20,000 nucleotides of DNA, from positions 120,794 through 140,793 of the forward strand of contig MU005970.1 of the NCBI GenBank assembly GCA_010093745.1, given 5' to 3'. A program made the translations under genes and the position numbers. This stretch comes from Piedraia hortae CBS 480.64 (taxonomy: Eukaryota). This document shows positions 9,792 through 18,551 of this stretch, one piece after another. The notes under the pieces are model-generated. The model ran no database searches, had not been told where the DNA came from, and saw nothing but the letters and a program-made list of their open reading frames with translations. Every line of letters starts with the position of its first letter. Position 1 is the stretch's first letter.

Positions 9792-11731
9792 GTTTGTAGT
9801 TAGCTGGATTCTTAATGTTAAGATGGGAGACTTATAATAAAAAAAGGTCTGATCATTCAGTGGAGATCAGAGACGCAGTAGCGATTGACCCCTTCTACAG
9901 CCTCGCTCAAGATCTGTCTGCTCAATGCAAAAGTCCAGAGCGAGAGCAACATGCTAAGTTTGTAGGAGTTACCAAGACACAGACAAGCCGAAGCTTTGAG
10001 CCCCACAAGGGTGAGGTCCTGTGTTCCTGTCCAGAGCTGCCTTCTCGCCTAAGCACATCACTTCACAGAGGGGCATCAAGCAAGAGACAGTGAAGGTCGG
10101 CTTTCGAAAGAATCGATTGGGAACATTCCATCTCAACAGTAGTACAGCAGTTCTCCATTCAGGAACCAAACAAGACATCGACTTTGTTTCACCAGACTAT
10201 CAGGTTCCACCTCGGCATCGTCTTTCAGTATGGAAAGGGCACTCCTCCTGGTTCCAGACTTTGATGTTCCTCAAAAGAGGGTTGTTGCAGGCGCACAATG
10301 ACGGAAAAAACACCTCCTGCGAGTCCGCTACCGACTGAAGAAGTAGGCGCGGGCTTTCGGGTTCGACGCTCATCAGATGATGATTAACGCGGCTGATCAG
10401 ACAAACGCTTCAAAGGCGTAACACATCGTTGGCTGGTGCCGTGACGTGTGCATGGCGTGTGCTTTGGTGGTGAGGGTTGGAGAACGATTTTCTTGTAGGA
10501 TGGAACCCAGCGATCGTCAATAACTTGCCGGAACCCGATCGACGGCCGAGGATCAGATCCAAGGGCATGAGTTTGTGCAAAGCGGAACCAGCGTTTCCGC
10601 AGTCGCAAGGTTTAACACACGACTAGCCTAGCGAGACAGCTGGAGAAACCCCCTACCGGAACGCCTAGCCCATCGCTGCACCACCTAGCGACCGCAGTTG
10701 GCCAGTTCCGAGGCTCTGCACAATGCATCTCGGAATCAAGCGTGGCAGCCACCGATGGATCCAGCAGATATCAGGACTGTGATCCTCGTTTTCTCCCATC
10801 AGTTCACTTCAGCTCCATCACTCCATGCTGTCCATTGGTGATCAGAGCATGGGCCAGTCGTCAAGCTTCAGTGCGCGCCCCCCACGGGAGTCTTACCGAA
10901 ACGACGCAGGAAGACCATAACGGCCGGCACTACCAGTTTCCTTCTGCAATTCCCTCCGGGCAAGCCGTATGAGTTAAGCTAGTCGGAGAGACTGACTGCT
11001 TCCAGAAGACGCGCGAGACGATCAAAGAAAACGTTTAGGGTTAGATCTCGTCTATCCGCCCGCCCAAGCAAGGCCACCGCGTATGAGCGTGGTAATGAGA
11101 CACGGCATCAATGACCGCTCATACGGGCAGCGCGAACAAGGGCATAGCAGGCTTTGTGGAGAGACGATGATTGGGGGAGAGTATGTGCCCCGAGGTTGGA
11201 AAGACGACGCCGTGGTTAGCCTTGATGATAGCACGGATACGCAAAGCTTGAGCGATGAATTGTCCGGCTGAGCTCTGGATCTTGAACCACTGTACTTGTG
11301 AGGTTATGGGCAGCTTTGCTACCCAGGAATGGTGAAGAGGAAAAGGGAGAGCCAAATTATCGCGACGCGACGCGTGCTGCAGCGGGGCGGGCCGCAATCT
11401 GCCGAGACACAAAACTGTCACGACCGCTACTATGATGTCATGCAAGATGAAGGCGAGCTCTCGCAGGCTGGACATCCAGCGCTCGGCATCTGGCGGACGC
11501 AGACAGGGGCTTACTGTAACAGAGGTGGTTGAAAAAACAAATGAATCAGGGCAGCTCACGGGCGCCGGCATTCCTAGAGCAGGCGGGATCCTGGCCGCGG
11601 CAGGCGCAGGTGCCAAAAGAAGGTGCATGTGGCGGAAGTGGGGGAAGAGGGGTGTCGATTGTTTAACTTCTGCCTTCCCTTGATTCTTTGCTAGATAATC
11701 TTTCCCTACCTTTGCTGCCTATAACATCATC

Positions 11732-12095
11732 ATGCCGTCTTTCCAAGATATCAAGCGCAAATTCTCATTGCGTGACAAGGAGCAACGTAGGTTCTAAAGT
11801 CGTTCCATGTGCCGTAGATGTCGTTGACGTTTTCCAGCCGACCTTGATCAGCTCAATGATGCCGACGACTTTGACGATGAGACCGCCGGCCGTTTGGGGC
11901 GCGAGTTTGACAAGGCACAAGAAAACAACGAACAACCTTATGGCAAGCCGGGGAGCTTCCTGTACAGGCTTATTATGCACGGCAACAAGAAGACGGAAGA
12001 GCAGGTGGGTACACCATGTGGCAGCTGTAGACTGTCACTGACTCGCCTAGATTGCACGTGAAAGTATGGCATCGTCGGGCGCATCGTCGTCGTAG
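11732..12095 (+). CDS. Small hypothetical protein, 88 aa, three exons (11732-11786, 11838-12004, 12051-12095)
   Basis: Introns 11787-11837 (GTAGGT..TTGAC..CAG, 51 nt) and 12005-12050 (GTGGGT..CTGAC..TAG, 46 nt) join an open frame: MPSFQDIKRKFSLRDKEQPDLDQLNDADDFDDETAGRLGREFDKAQENNEQPYGKPGSFLYRLIMHGNKKTEEQIARESMASSGASSS*. Start context ATCATG; intron sizes match the other genes in the window. Confidence 0.8.
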
Positions 12096-12547
12096 AAAGG
12101 TGACGATGAGACTGCATCTGGGAAAGGTGTGCTTTGATGACCCGCAATGGCAACTTTAACTGACGCAACAGGCGCATGGCCACGGAGCATTTTGAAGCAC
12201 AAGGGGACATTGGCCGGGGAAGCTGACACGCATGGTCGACGGGCTTCTCTGATGAACAAATGGCCGACAAGCTCTTTTACGGACGAGCATGGGAGACGCA
12301 AGACTGCTGCGTGAACCGGAGGCATGCTCATTCCTAACGTAGATAGTCCTGGTGTGATGATTCACTAGAACTTTTACATCCAGACCATCGACCCCTGTCG
12401 TTTCTCACTCCCAGAGCGCCACGCACTAGGCGGACCCGAAACTTTGGGAATCGACATGCACGCGGGGAATGGAGCTCCGTCGCGATAACAACAATGTCGA
12501 CGCAGAATGTAGATGTACCGAACAAAAGATAACAACCCACCTTCAAT

Positions 12548-13653
12548 ATGTCCCTCCAACCCGTATACATCTTCCGCGGCCACACCTTCGCCATCCACGC
12601 CATCCACTTCCTCCCAAGTAACCTCCACGTTCTCACCGGCGACGCGACCGGCACAGTCATAATCTGGAACCTCACCACCAAGCGCGCCTCAGCGGTCTGG
12701 CAAGCGCACACCAACTCCATCCTCGGAATCGGGCACTGGGACGGCCACAAAATCATCACGTACGTGGCCCGTCGCGAAGCATCCCTACCTAACAAACCCC
12801 TAGTCATGGTCGAGATGGGAGACTCAACATCTGGCTCCTCGACGAAGTGGCCCTATCCCCGAAAGAACTCATTCCCCTACCCCTAGACACCCACCTAACC
12901 CAGTCCCAACCCACACAAACCCCCTCACCCCAACTAACCCACTCCATCCCATGCCACACCCTAAACTTCTGCTCCTTCGCATCAGTCATCCTCCCGGGCG
13001 AAACCCTCCTCCTCGCCCTCCCCGGCCTAATCGACAACGAAATCGTCCTCACTACCCTCCCCTCCTCAGCCCGCCATAGCAAAGCCCTCTCCCCAGGAAA
13101 GAGGGGAATGCCAATGTCCCTCTCCCTCTCCCTCTCCCTCTCCCTCTTCACCACAGAAACCCTTCTCCTCTTAGCAGGCTACGAAGACGGGAGTACAGTC
13201 CTCTTCACCTCCCCCCTAACCTCCCCCAACTGGAGGGTGCTGAGTACGCATGCTTCGCATACCCAGCCGGTTCTGTCGGTAGTGTTGGGAAGGGAGGCGG
13301 GGTTCTCGTCTGCGGCGGATGCGGTGATCGCGAGGTATGCGCTGCCGAAGGAGGGGGCATTACCCCTGGATGGCTCCCCGGAAGGGAAGAGTAGAATCGT
13401 GAATACAGGACACGCGGGACAGCAGGGTCTTGTGATTAGGGACGATGGGAGGATCCTTGCGACGGCGGGGTGGGATGGGAAATTGAGGGTTTATTCTGCG
13501 CGGACTTTGAAGGAACTTGGGGTGGGCATGTGGCATAGGGAGGGCTGCTTCGCGGTGGGGTTTGCGGGGGTGAGAGAGGAAGAGGGGCAGGGGAGGCATT
13601 GGGTTGCGTTGGGGTGTAAAGATGGGAAGGTTTCGCTTTGGGAGGTTTATTGA
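12548..13653 (+). CDS. ASA1: ASTRA-associated protein 1 (WD40), 353 aa. Exons 12548-12759 and 12804-13653
   Basis: PVYIFRGH..IH, LTGDATG..IWNLTTKR..AVWQAH, intron 12760-12803 (GTACGT..CTAAC..TAG, 44 nt), then THGRDG, LNFCSF, GMPMSL, AGYEDG, HTQPVLS, TGHAGQQGLVIRDDGRILATAGWDGKLRVYS and KDGKVSLWEVY. Confidence 0.93.
13117..13146 (+). repeat. (TCCCTC)5 coding microsatellite encoding SLSLSLSLSL in ASA1
   Basis: Five perfect hexamer units directly after the GMPM codons. Confidence 0.9.
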
Positions 13654-13915
13654 TGGGGATGACAATGCGAATATGGTGCGTTTCTCGGTGAGAAGCTGGA
13701 TCCGCCAAACAGCTCTATTGCCCTCAAAGATGGTCTATAGAGACTTCGCTCCCTGACATAAATTGTAGGGCAATGGCACGGTTGGCTCGTTGTCAATATG
13801 CCGGTCTACCAATGGTGGAAGAGATAACAACGTTTACCGATGGAATTAACGTAAAATTCATCATTGTATCCAATTACATCAGTCTGTGTTCCATTCATCT
13901 ATCGTTACATCCCAT

Positions 13916-14500
13916 TCACTCAATCTCAATCCTCTTATTAGCCTTCTCCGCCTTGGGCACTACGATCGACAAAATCCCATTTTTCAAGCTCGCCTTGACA
14001 TGATCCTGGTCGACCAGGCTCGGGAAACTAAACGTCCTCGAAAATTGTCCAACCGAACGTTCCGCAAGCCAAACTTTTGGCTGATCCTCCTTTGGCTGCT
14101 GCTTTGCGACCTCTGTAGAAGTTTCCTTCCCCTCATCCTCAACAGTAGGCTGCTTTTGGTCTGCGGAATCCGTATCATAAGACCTCTCACACCGCCCCGT
14201 GATATTAATCGTCTGCGGTTCGGTGAATTCGATCTGAACATCCTTTTGCTCCATGCCGGGGAGTTCACCGATCAGCTTGTAGGAATCCTTTGCTTCGTGG
14301 ATGTCGAATTTAGGTTGGATGGATGCCAGTCCCTTGGTTGCGGGATTGAAACGTCCGCTGGGTGAGGTGGCTAGGTGGTTGGCATAGTCGTCTAGGAAGC
14401 GGAACATGGGGACGAAGTCATTTTGGAAAAAGGAGACTGTTCGTCTTTGTGGCATTGAGCAAAGAGCTCGAGTTGGGAGAGTTGCTCGGATTGAAGGCAT
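13916..14500 (-). CDS. Small heat-shock protein (HSP20/alpha-crystallin, Hsp30-like), 194 aa, with a 21-aa N-terminal extension resembling a mitochondrial presequence
   Basis: [79 protein letters not shown] and a C-terminal I-E-I motif. Confidence 0.95.
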   Translation of the reverse strand: MPSIRATLPTRALCSMPQRRTVSFFQNDFVPMFRFLDDYANHLATSPSGRFNPATKGLASIQPKFDIHEAKDSYKLIGELPGMEQKDVQIEFTEPQTINITGRCERSYDTDSADQKQPTVEDEGKETSTEVAKQQPKEDQPKVWLAERSVGQFSRTFSFPSLVDQDHVKASLKNGILSIVVPKAEKANKRIEIE

Positions 14501-14535
14501 GTTTGATGATGGATTTGGGAGGGATGGTGAGAGGG

Positions 14536-14709
14536 TTTATATCCATGGAGAATGTATGCAGGCGAATCTACTAGAATATTCTCGCCACTTTTCTGGGACA
14601 GTTGTATTCATCGAAAATGCCATAGGATGTGCTCGCCACTTGGCTGTATATTCTCGGCCCTTCTGGAGGATGTCCTGCACGCCACCTTCCATCGTTTTCT
14701 GGAAGATTC
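14536..14709 (-). promoter_or_regulatory. Proximal promoter of the minus-strand sHSP: TATA box and heat-shock elements
   Basis: TATAAA (minus) at 14536-14541. GAAtcTACtaGAAtaTTC at 14564-14581. TTC at 14651 and 14661. Perfect three-unit HSE TTCtgGAAgaTTC at 14697-14709 with an in-register TTC at 14687. Confidence 0.8.
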
Positions 14710-15011
14710 GATGAGATCCCATGGATGTTTGGAGGCAGCAAGGTAATTCTTAGCTCGAATGGAGCCATGGCAGTCGGACCGATGCTATTCATCATCACTG
14801 ACGTTGAATGTCGACATCTGCAGCGCAAACTCAACCTTGCAGGCCATGCACAACTCTATTTTTTGGACCCACATGTCAGGACGCCTTACTTTGCATACGG
14901 ACTAGCTAGTAATGCATCCTAACTTGACAGACTGGCTTTCTGAACATGGCCTAGACGTTCGATTTGAAGTAGAGGTTTATTGCCGCAGCTGCACCTATGA
15001 TGTGATATGGC

Positions 15012-15073
15012 GTGACGTGGAGTGACGTGGGACAGTGGGGTGGTGGTGGGGTGGTGGGGTGGTGGGGACGTCA
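15012..15073 (+). promoter_or_regulatory. Central regulatory module: tandem CRE/ATF-like sites plus a G-tract array (CreA-like sites, potential G-quadruplex)
   Basis: GTGACGTGG at 15012 and 15022; GACGTCA at 15067; GTGGGG four times, with G4 tracts at 15037, 15048, 15056 and 15064. Confidence 0.6.
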
Positions 15074-15177
15074 ACGGTCACCCTGCCTGTCACCAACAAC
15101 TTGATGACCTCGCAGAATCCTTCTTCTAGTCCAGTCTTGACAATCCTACAGCTTAGGCAAGCAAAGGTAGTCTACTA

Positions 15178-15356
15178 GAAATTGCCCGAAAGCCATAGAA
15201 TGGCCATGGAATCTCGTGGAATTGTGTAGAATTTGCTAGAAATGGGTCGAATATACCACGGTTCGATGCATGCAATGTGGTCTCACGAGATCATTTGAGC
15301 CGGTTCGAGCAAGTTCGACGGAAACAAACCCCTGCTGGTGATTTCATAGCTATAAG
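15178..15356 (+). promoter_or_regulatory. Proximal promoter of the plus-strand sHSP: phased GAA array (step/direct-repeat-type HSE) and TATA-like box
   Basis: GAA at 15178, 15188, 15198, 15209, 15219, 15229, 15239 and 15249; TTC at 15304 and 15314; TATAAG at 15351. Confidence 0.75.
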
Positions 15357-15458
15357 TACTCTTTGATCTGACCTTTCTCTCCTTCTTCCTTCACCTTCAC
15401 TCGTCACATCAACACAACACACACAACCAGTCCACACATACACACATACTCATACACG

Positions 15459-16052
15459 ATGGCTTTCTACCAGAACGACTTTGTCCCCATGTTCCGTTTC
15501 TTGGATGACTATGCCAACCATGTGGCTTCGTCATCGGACAGGCGTGTCGAGCCTGCCAGCCATGTCAAGAGCTTGACCTCGTTTAAGCCGAAGTTCGACA
15601 TTCAGGAAACCAAGGATGCGTACAAGCTCCATGGTGAATTCCCTGGCATCGACCAGAAGGACATCAGCATTGAGTTCACAGACCCTCAGACGATCAACAT
15701 CACTGGCCATTATGATCGCTCCTACGAGGAAGGGGAACGCCCCCAGCAGCAGCAGCAGCAGCAGCAGATTGAACATCATAAGCCTACCGTTGAGGACGAG
15801 AAGGCCGACTCCAAGGAATCTGAGCCCTCCAAGGAGGTTACTCAGCAGCAGCAGAAGGTGCAGAAGCAGCAGAGTGGCGGGAAGCACACCAAGTTTTGGC
15901 TCTCGGAGCGCTCTTCGGGCCACTTTTCTCGCACCTTTAGCTTTCCCGCCCACGTTGACCAGAACAATGTCAAGGCCAGCTTGAAGAATGGAGTCCTTAC
16001 TGTTACTGTGCCCAAGGCGGAGAAGGTTAGCAAGCGGATTCAAATTGAGTGA
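15459..16052 (+). CDS. Small heat-shock protein (HSP20/alpha-crystallin, Hsp30-like), 197 aa, no presequence, poly-Q inserts
   Basis: [72 protein letters not shown] and a C-terminal I-Q-I motif; strongly biased codon use. Confidence 0.96.
   Translation: MAFYQNDFVPMFRFLDDYANHVASSSDRRVEPASHVKSLTSFKPKFDIQETKDAYKLHGEFPGIDQKDISIEFTDPQTINITGHYDRSYEEGERPQQQQQQQQIEHHKPTVEDEKADSKESEPSKEVTQQQQKVQKQQSGGKHTKFWLSERSSGHFSRTFSFPAHVDQNNVKASLKNGVLTVTVPKAEKVSKRIQIE
15744..15767 (+). repeat. (CAG)8 poly-glutamine repeat; a second (CAG)4 at 15843-15854
   Basis: Read directly from the sequence; lies in the insertion within the alpha-crystallin domain. Confidence 0.92.
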
Positions 16053-16266
16053 GGCAAACAGCACACTGCAGAAAGATGGCATGAGAGATGACGTAATGTA
16101 GCGGGGTATAATGTAATGAGTTCAATCCATGACTGTGTTCCATTTGTCTGTAAGGTAAGAAAGTCGTGTATACGGTGAGTACTTGTATTTTACAACGCGT
16201 CAAGCAACTAGCCTTGCCACAGCATGGGCTGGCCTTTGAACCATCCATCCAGGTAGACGGCATTCA

Positions 16267-18381
16267 TCAGGCAATATTATACCCATCCTTCTGATCTATC
16301 ATCATAGCCTTTGCCCTCTCCAACATTCTCTTCCTGCCAGCCTCCACATCGACAGTCCCGTCATCCTGCTCGTCGCGTCGCTCACCCTTTCTCTTCGTCC
16401 CCCGCGGAGCATCAGCATTCTTCCCATTTGCACTCTTCCCCCGCGAAGCATCCCTCCCATCCCTCCTCTCACCGGTATCCCTACACCTCCTCCCCCCAAT
16501 CCGCCCCGGCGCCTCTCTAAGCGCAAACCCCTTAGCGACATGACCCAAATGCATCTCCCTGAGATCAAAAAACCCCCTCTCAGGTCCAACATGCGTCGCA
16601 TAAGCCCTAACATGACTCTTGAACCCCCTCCTCGCCAATTCCAACCTCTCCTCCCCTTTTAGAACCCACCTCTCACATTCCAACTGAAACTCCGTCGCGG
16701 CAGCCTCCCAATTCGTCCCAAACCCCCTAGACAACAGCCCCTCCGCACTCTGCCTCCTCAAATTCGTCGTCGAAGTCTCGAGTAAAGAGGTGTAATTCTC
16801 CTCACACCCCGGCATGAGGAAAAGGATAGCCTGGCCGTTCCGGCCAGCTCGTGCCGTCCGTCCAACCCGATGGATATGATCCTCATACGCAAACGCGGGA
16901 TCAAACTCAACGACCAGATCGACGTTTGGAACGTCCAGACCCCGCGAAGCGATGTCCGTGCTGAACAACACCCCGCGCGGGAGGGATGTGAACTTCTCCA
17001 AAGTCGTGCTGCGCACGGGCTGGGGGAGCGTGCCGTACAACTTGAAAATCTCGGTTTCGTTCAGAAACTTGGAAGGGGCGTGGCTTGTGTTTGTGTTCGA
17101 ACTCCCCGGGGGAGTGCGGGCGAGGAGGGAGAAGTAGAAAGCGACACTATCCGCGCAGCCGAAAAACACAATGACCTTTTTCGGGACGCTTTGCGAGAAC
17201 GTCTGTTTGAGTAGCGCTGCTAGTGCCACTAAGCGTTGCTTCGCGGGCACGATGGCGTAGCTTTGCCTCAGTTGCGCGGGGACGGAGGGTTTCTCCTTCT
17301 CCTCTCGCTCACATCCCTCTGAAGAGAGGAAAGCCGGCCCCTTGAGCGTTAGCGAAGAGAGCCTCTCCACATCCCTCTCCATTGTCGCAGAGACGAGAAC
17401 CGTCATCCTCCTCTCCGGCAAGCCTGGAATCGGATCCTGTTTCTTCGTTGCGCGGAGGCCCATCAGTCCTACGATTCGGGAGATATCCCTCTCAAACCCC
17501 AACTCCATGAGTCGGTCCCCCTCGTCGAGAACCAGCCACCTCACGCGACTTATGTCCAGGACTTGGGTGTTGTTTATGTGATCTAATAGACGACCGGGCG
17601 TCGCGACTAGGATGTTCACCCCCCTCCGCAAGCGGGCTTTTTCGGATTTCTTCCTCTCCCCGCCAATCACGATCCCGCTGACGAGGTAGTGGTAGCAGTG
17701 CAGGAGGGTGTCAAGCACGGAGCTGATTTGCGTGCTTAGTTCACGGGTGGGAGTGAGGATTACAGCGAAGAGGCCGCTGGCGCGGTTGAACGAGCCTTGC
17801 GTTTCTTTGATGGTTCTGGCGAGGGTCGCGAGGTTTTGGATTAGAGGAAGGAGATAAGCTAATGTTTTTCCAGAGCCGGTTTGCGCTTGGATGAATGTGT
17901 CGCGGTGGGAGGTGCAGAGGTGTTTGATCGCTTTTTCTTGGATGGAGGTCGGGGAGGTGATGTTCATGCTTGAGACGAGGTGGTGGGTTAGAGGAGCTGA
18001 GATGCCGAGGTCGGTGAATGTCATGGGGCCGGGTAAGGGGATGTTGGAGGGTGTGGGTGCTTCATCTTCGACGTCGGGAGCGGTGGGTTGGGTGGTTGGG
18101 GTGGGGTTGTACGTGAATAGGGATGAGATGACTTGTCCGCCAGTTTCTGTTTTAGGGGCGTGCTCTGTTTTTTGCCGCTTGTTTGGGAGGATTAGCTCTT
18201 CTTTGCCTTCTTCAATGTTGAATCTAGGTTTCGCGCGTTCTACGGCTTTCTGCTGCTTGCGCACTGCGGCGCGTTTGGCGGCGAGGCGGTCTTTCCATCT
18301 TCCGCCTTTGAACTTGGGGACTGGAGGGACAAAGCCGTCAGTCGGTTGGGCGAAGTTGACGACTAGGCCGTTGTAGGACAT
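16267..18381 (-). CDS. DBP7: ATP-dependent DEAD-box RNA helicase Dbp7 (60S biogenesis), 704 aa, intronless
   Basis: Start MSYNGLVVNF (ATG 18381), FKGGRWKDRL, ISSLFTYNP, AQTGSGKT, PTRELS, GGERKKSEKARLRRGVNILVATPGRLLDH, the Dbp7-type DEGD box, SAT, HRVGRTARAG and FKSHVRAYATH..HLGHVAKGFALRE. Confidence 0.95.
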   Translation of the reverse strand: MSYNGLVVNFAQPTDGFVPPVPKFKGGRWKDRLAAKRAAVRKQQKAVERAKPRFNIEEGKEELILPNKRQKTEHAPKTETGGQVISSLFTYNPTPTTQPTAPDVEDEAPTPSNIPLPGPMTFTDLGISAPLTHHLVSSMNITSPTSIQEKAIKHLCTSHRDTFIQAQTGSGKTLAYLLPLIQNLATLARTIKETQGSFNRASGLFAVILTPTRELSTQISSVLDTLLHCYHYLVSGIVIGGERKKSEKARLRRGVNILVATPGRLLDHINNTQVLDISRVRWLVLDEGDRLMELGFERDISRIVGLMGLRATKKQDPIPGLPERRMTVLVSATMERDVERLSSLTLKGPAFLSSEGCEREEKEKPSVPAQLRQSYAIVPAKQRLVALAALLKQTFSQSVPKKVIVFFGCADSVAFYFSLLARTPPGSSNTNTSHAPSKFLNETEIFKLYGTLPQPVRSTTLEKFTSLPRGVLFSTDIASRGLDVPNVDLVVEFDPAFAYEDHIHRVGRTARAGRNGQAILFLMPGCEENYTSLLETSTTNLRRQSAEGLLSRGFGTNWEAAATEFQLECERWVLKGEERLELARRGFKSHVRAYATHVGPERGFFDLREMHLGHVAKGFALREAPGRIGGRRCRDTGERRDGRDASRGKSANGKNADAPRGTKRKGERRDEQDDGTVDVEAGRKRMLERAKAMMIDQKDGYNIA

Positions 18382-18551
18382 GGTTGTAGGTAGATAGGAT
18401 TGCTGAGGTTTTGTGTGTGCGCGCCTAGCGGGGTGACATGTGCCCCACAGGAAAGTCAAGATGGAAAAATTGTAGGGGACAGACAGGGATTGCCCCACCA
18501 ATCGGGAGTTTTACTCCAGCAGACATTGTACAAACACTGCATTTCTCTACG

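Noticed and set aside
11035..11044. Telomere-like TTAGGGTTAG
   Set aside because: Fewer than two full units; expected by chance.
9850..11650. Short ORFs, including a P-loop-like LILGRRSGSGKLL (~10530, minus) and a Rossmann-like ITVLISAGSIGG (~10770, minus)
   Set aside because: Motif spacing is wrong or incomplete and no supporting downstream motifs were found.
12047..12331. Minus-strand ORF with P-type-ATPase-like VAIA..D.P..LSRAI spacing
   Set aside because: No GDGxND motif, and it overlaps exon 3 and the 3' region of the better-supported plus-strand spliced gene.
15531..16082. Long antisense ORFs over real genes (also 722-1195, 13886-14365, 17891-18376)
   Set aside because: Shadow frames caused by codon bias of the sense genes.
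18438..18551. N-terminal extensions of PAN6 (from 18438) and DBP7 (from 18501) shown in the ORF track
   Set aside because: They overlap each other, lack family-like sequence, and conserved N-termini begin at 18552 and 18381.
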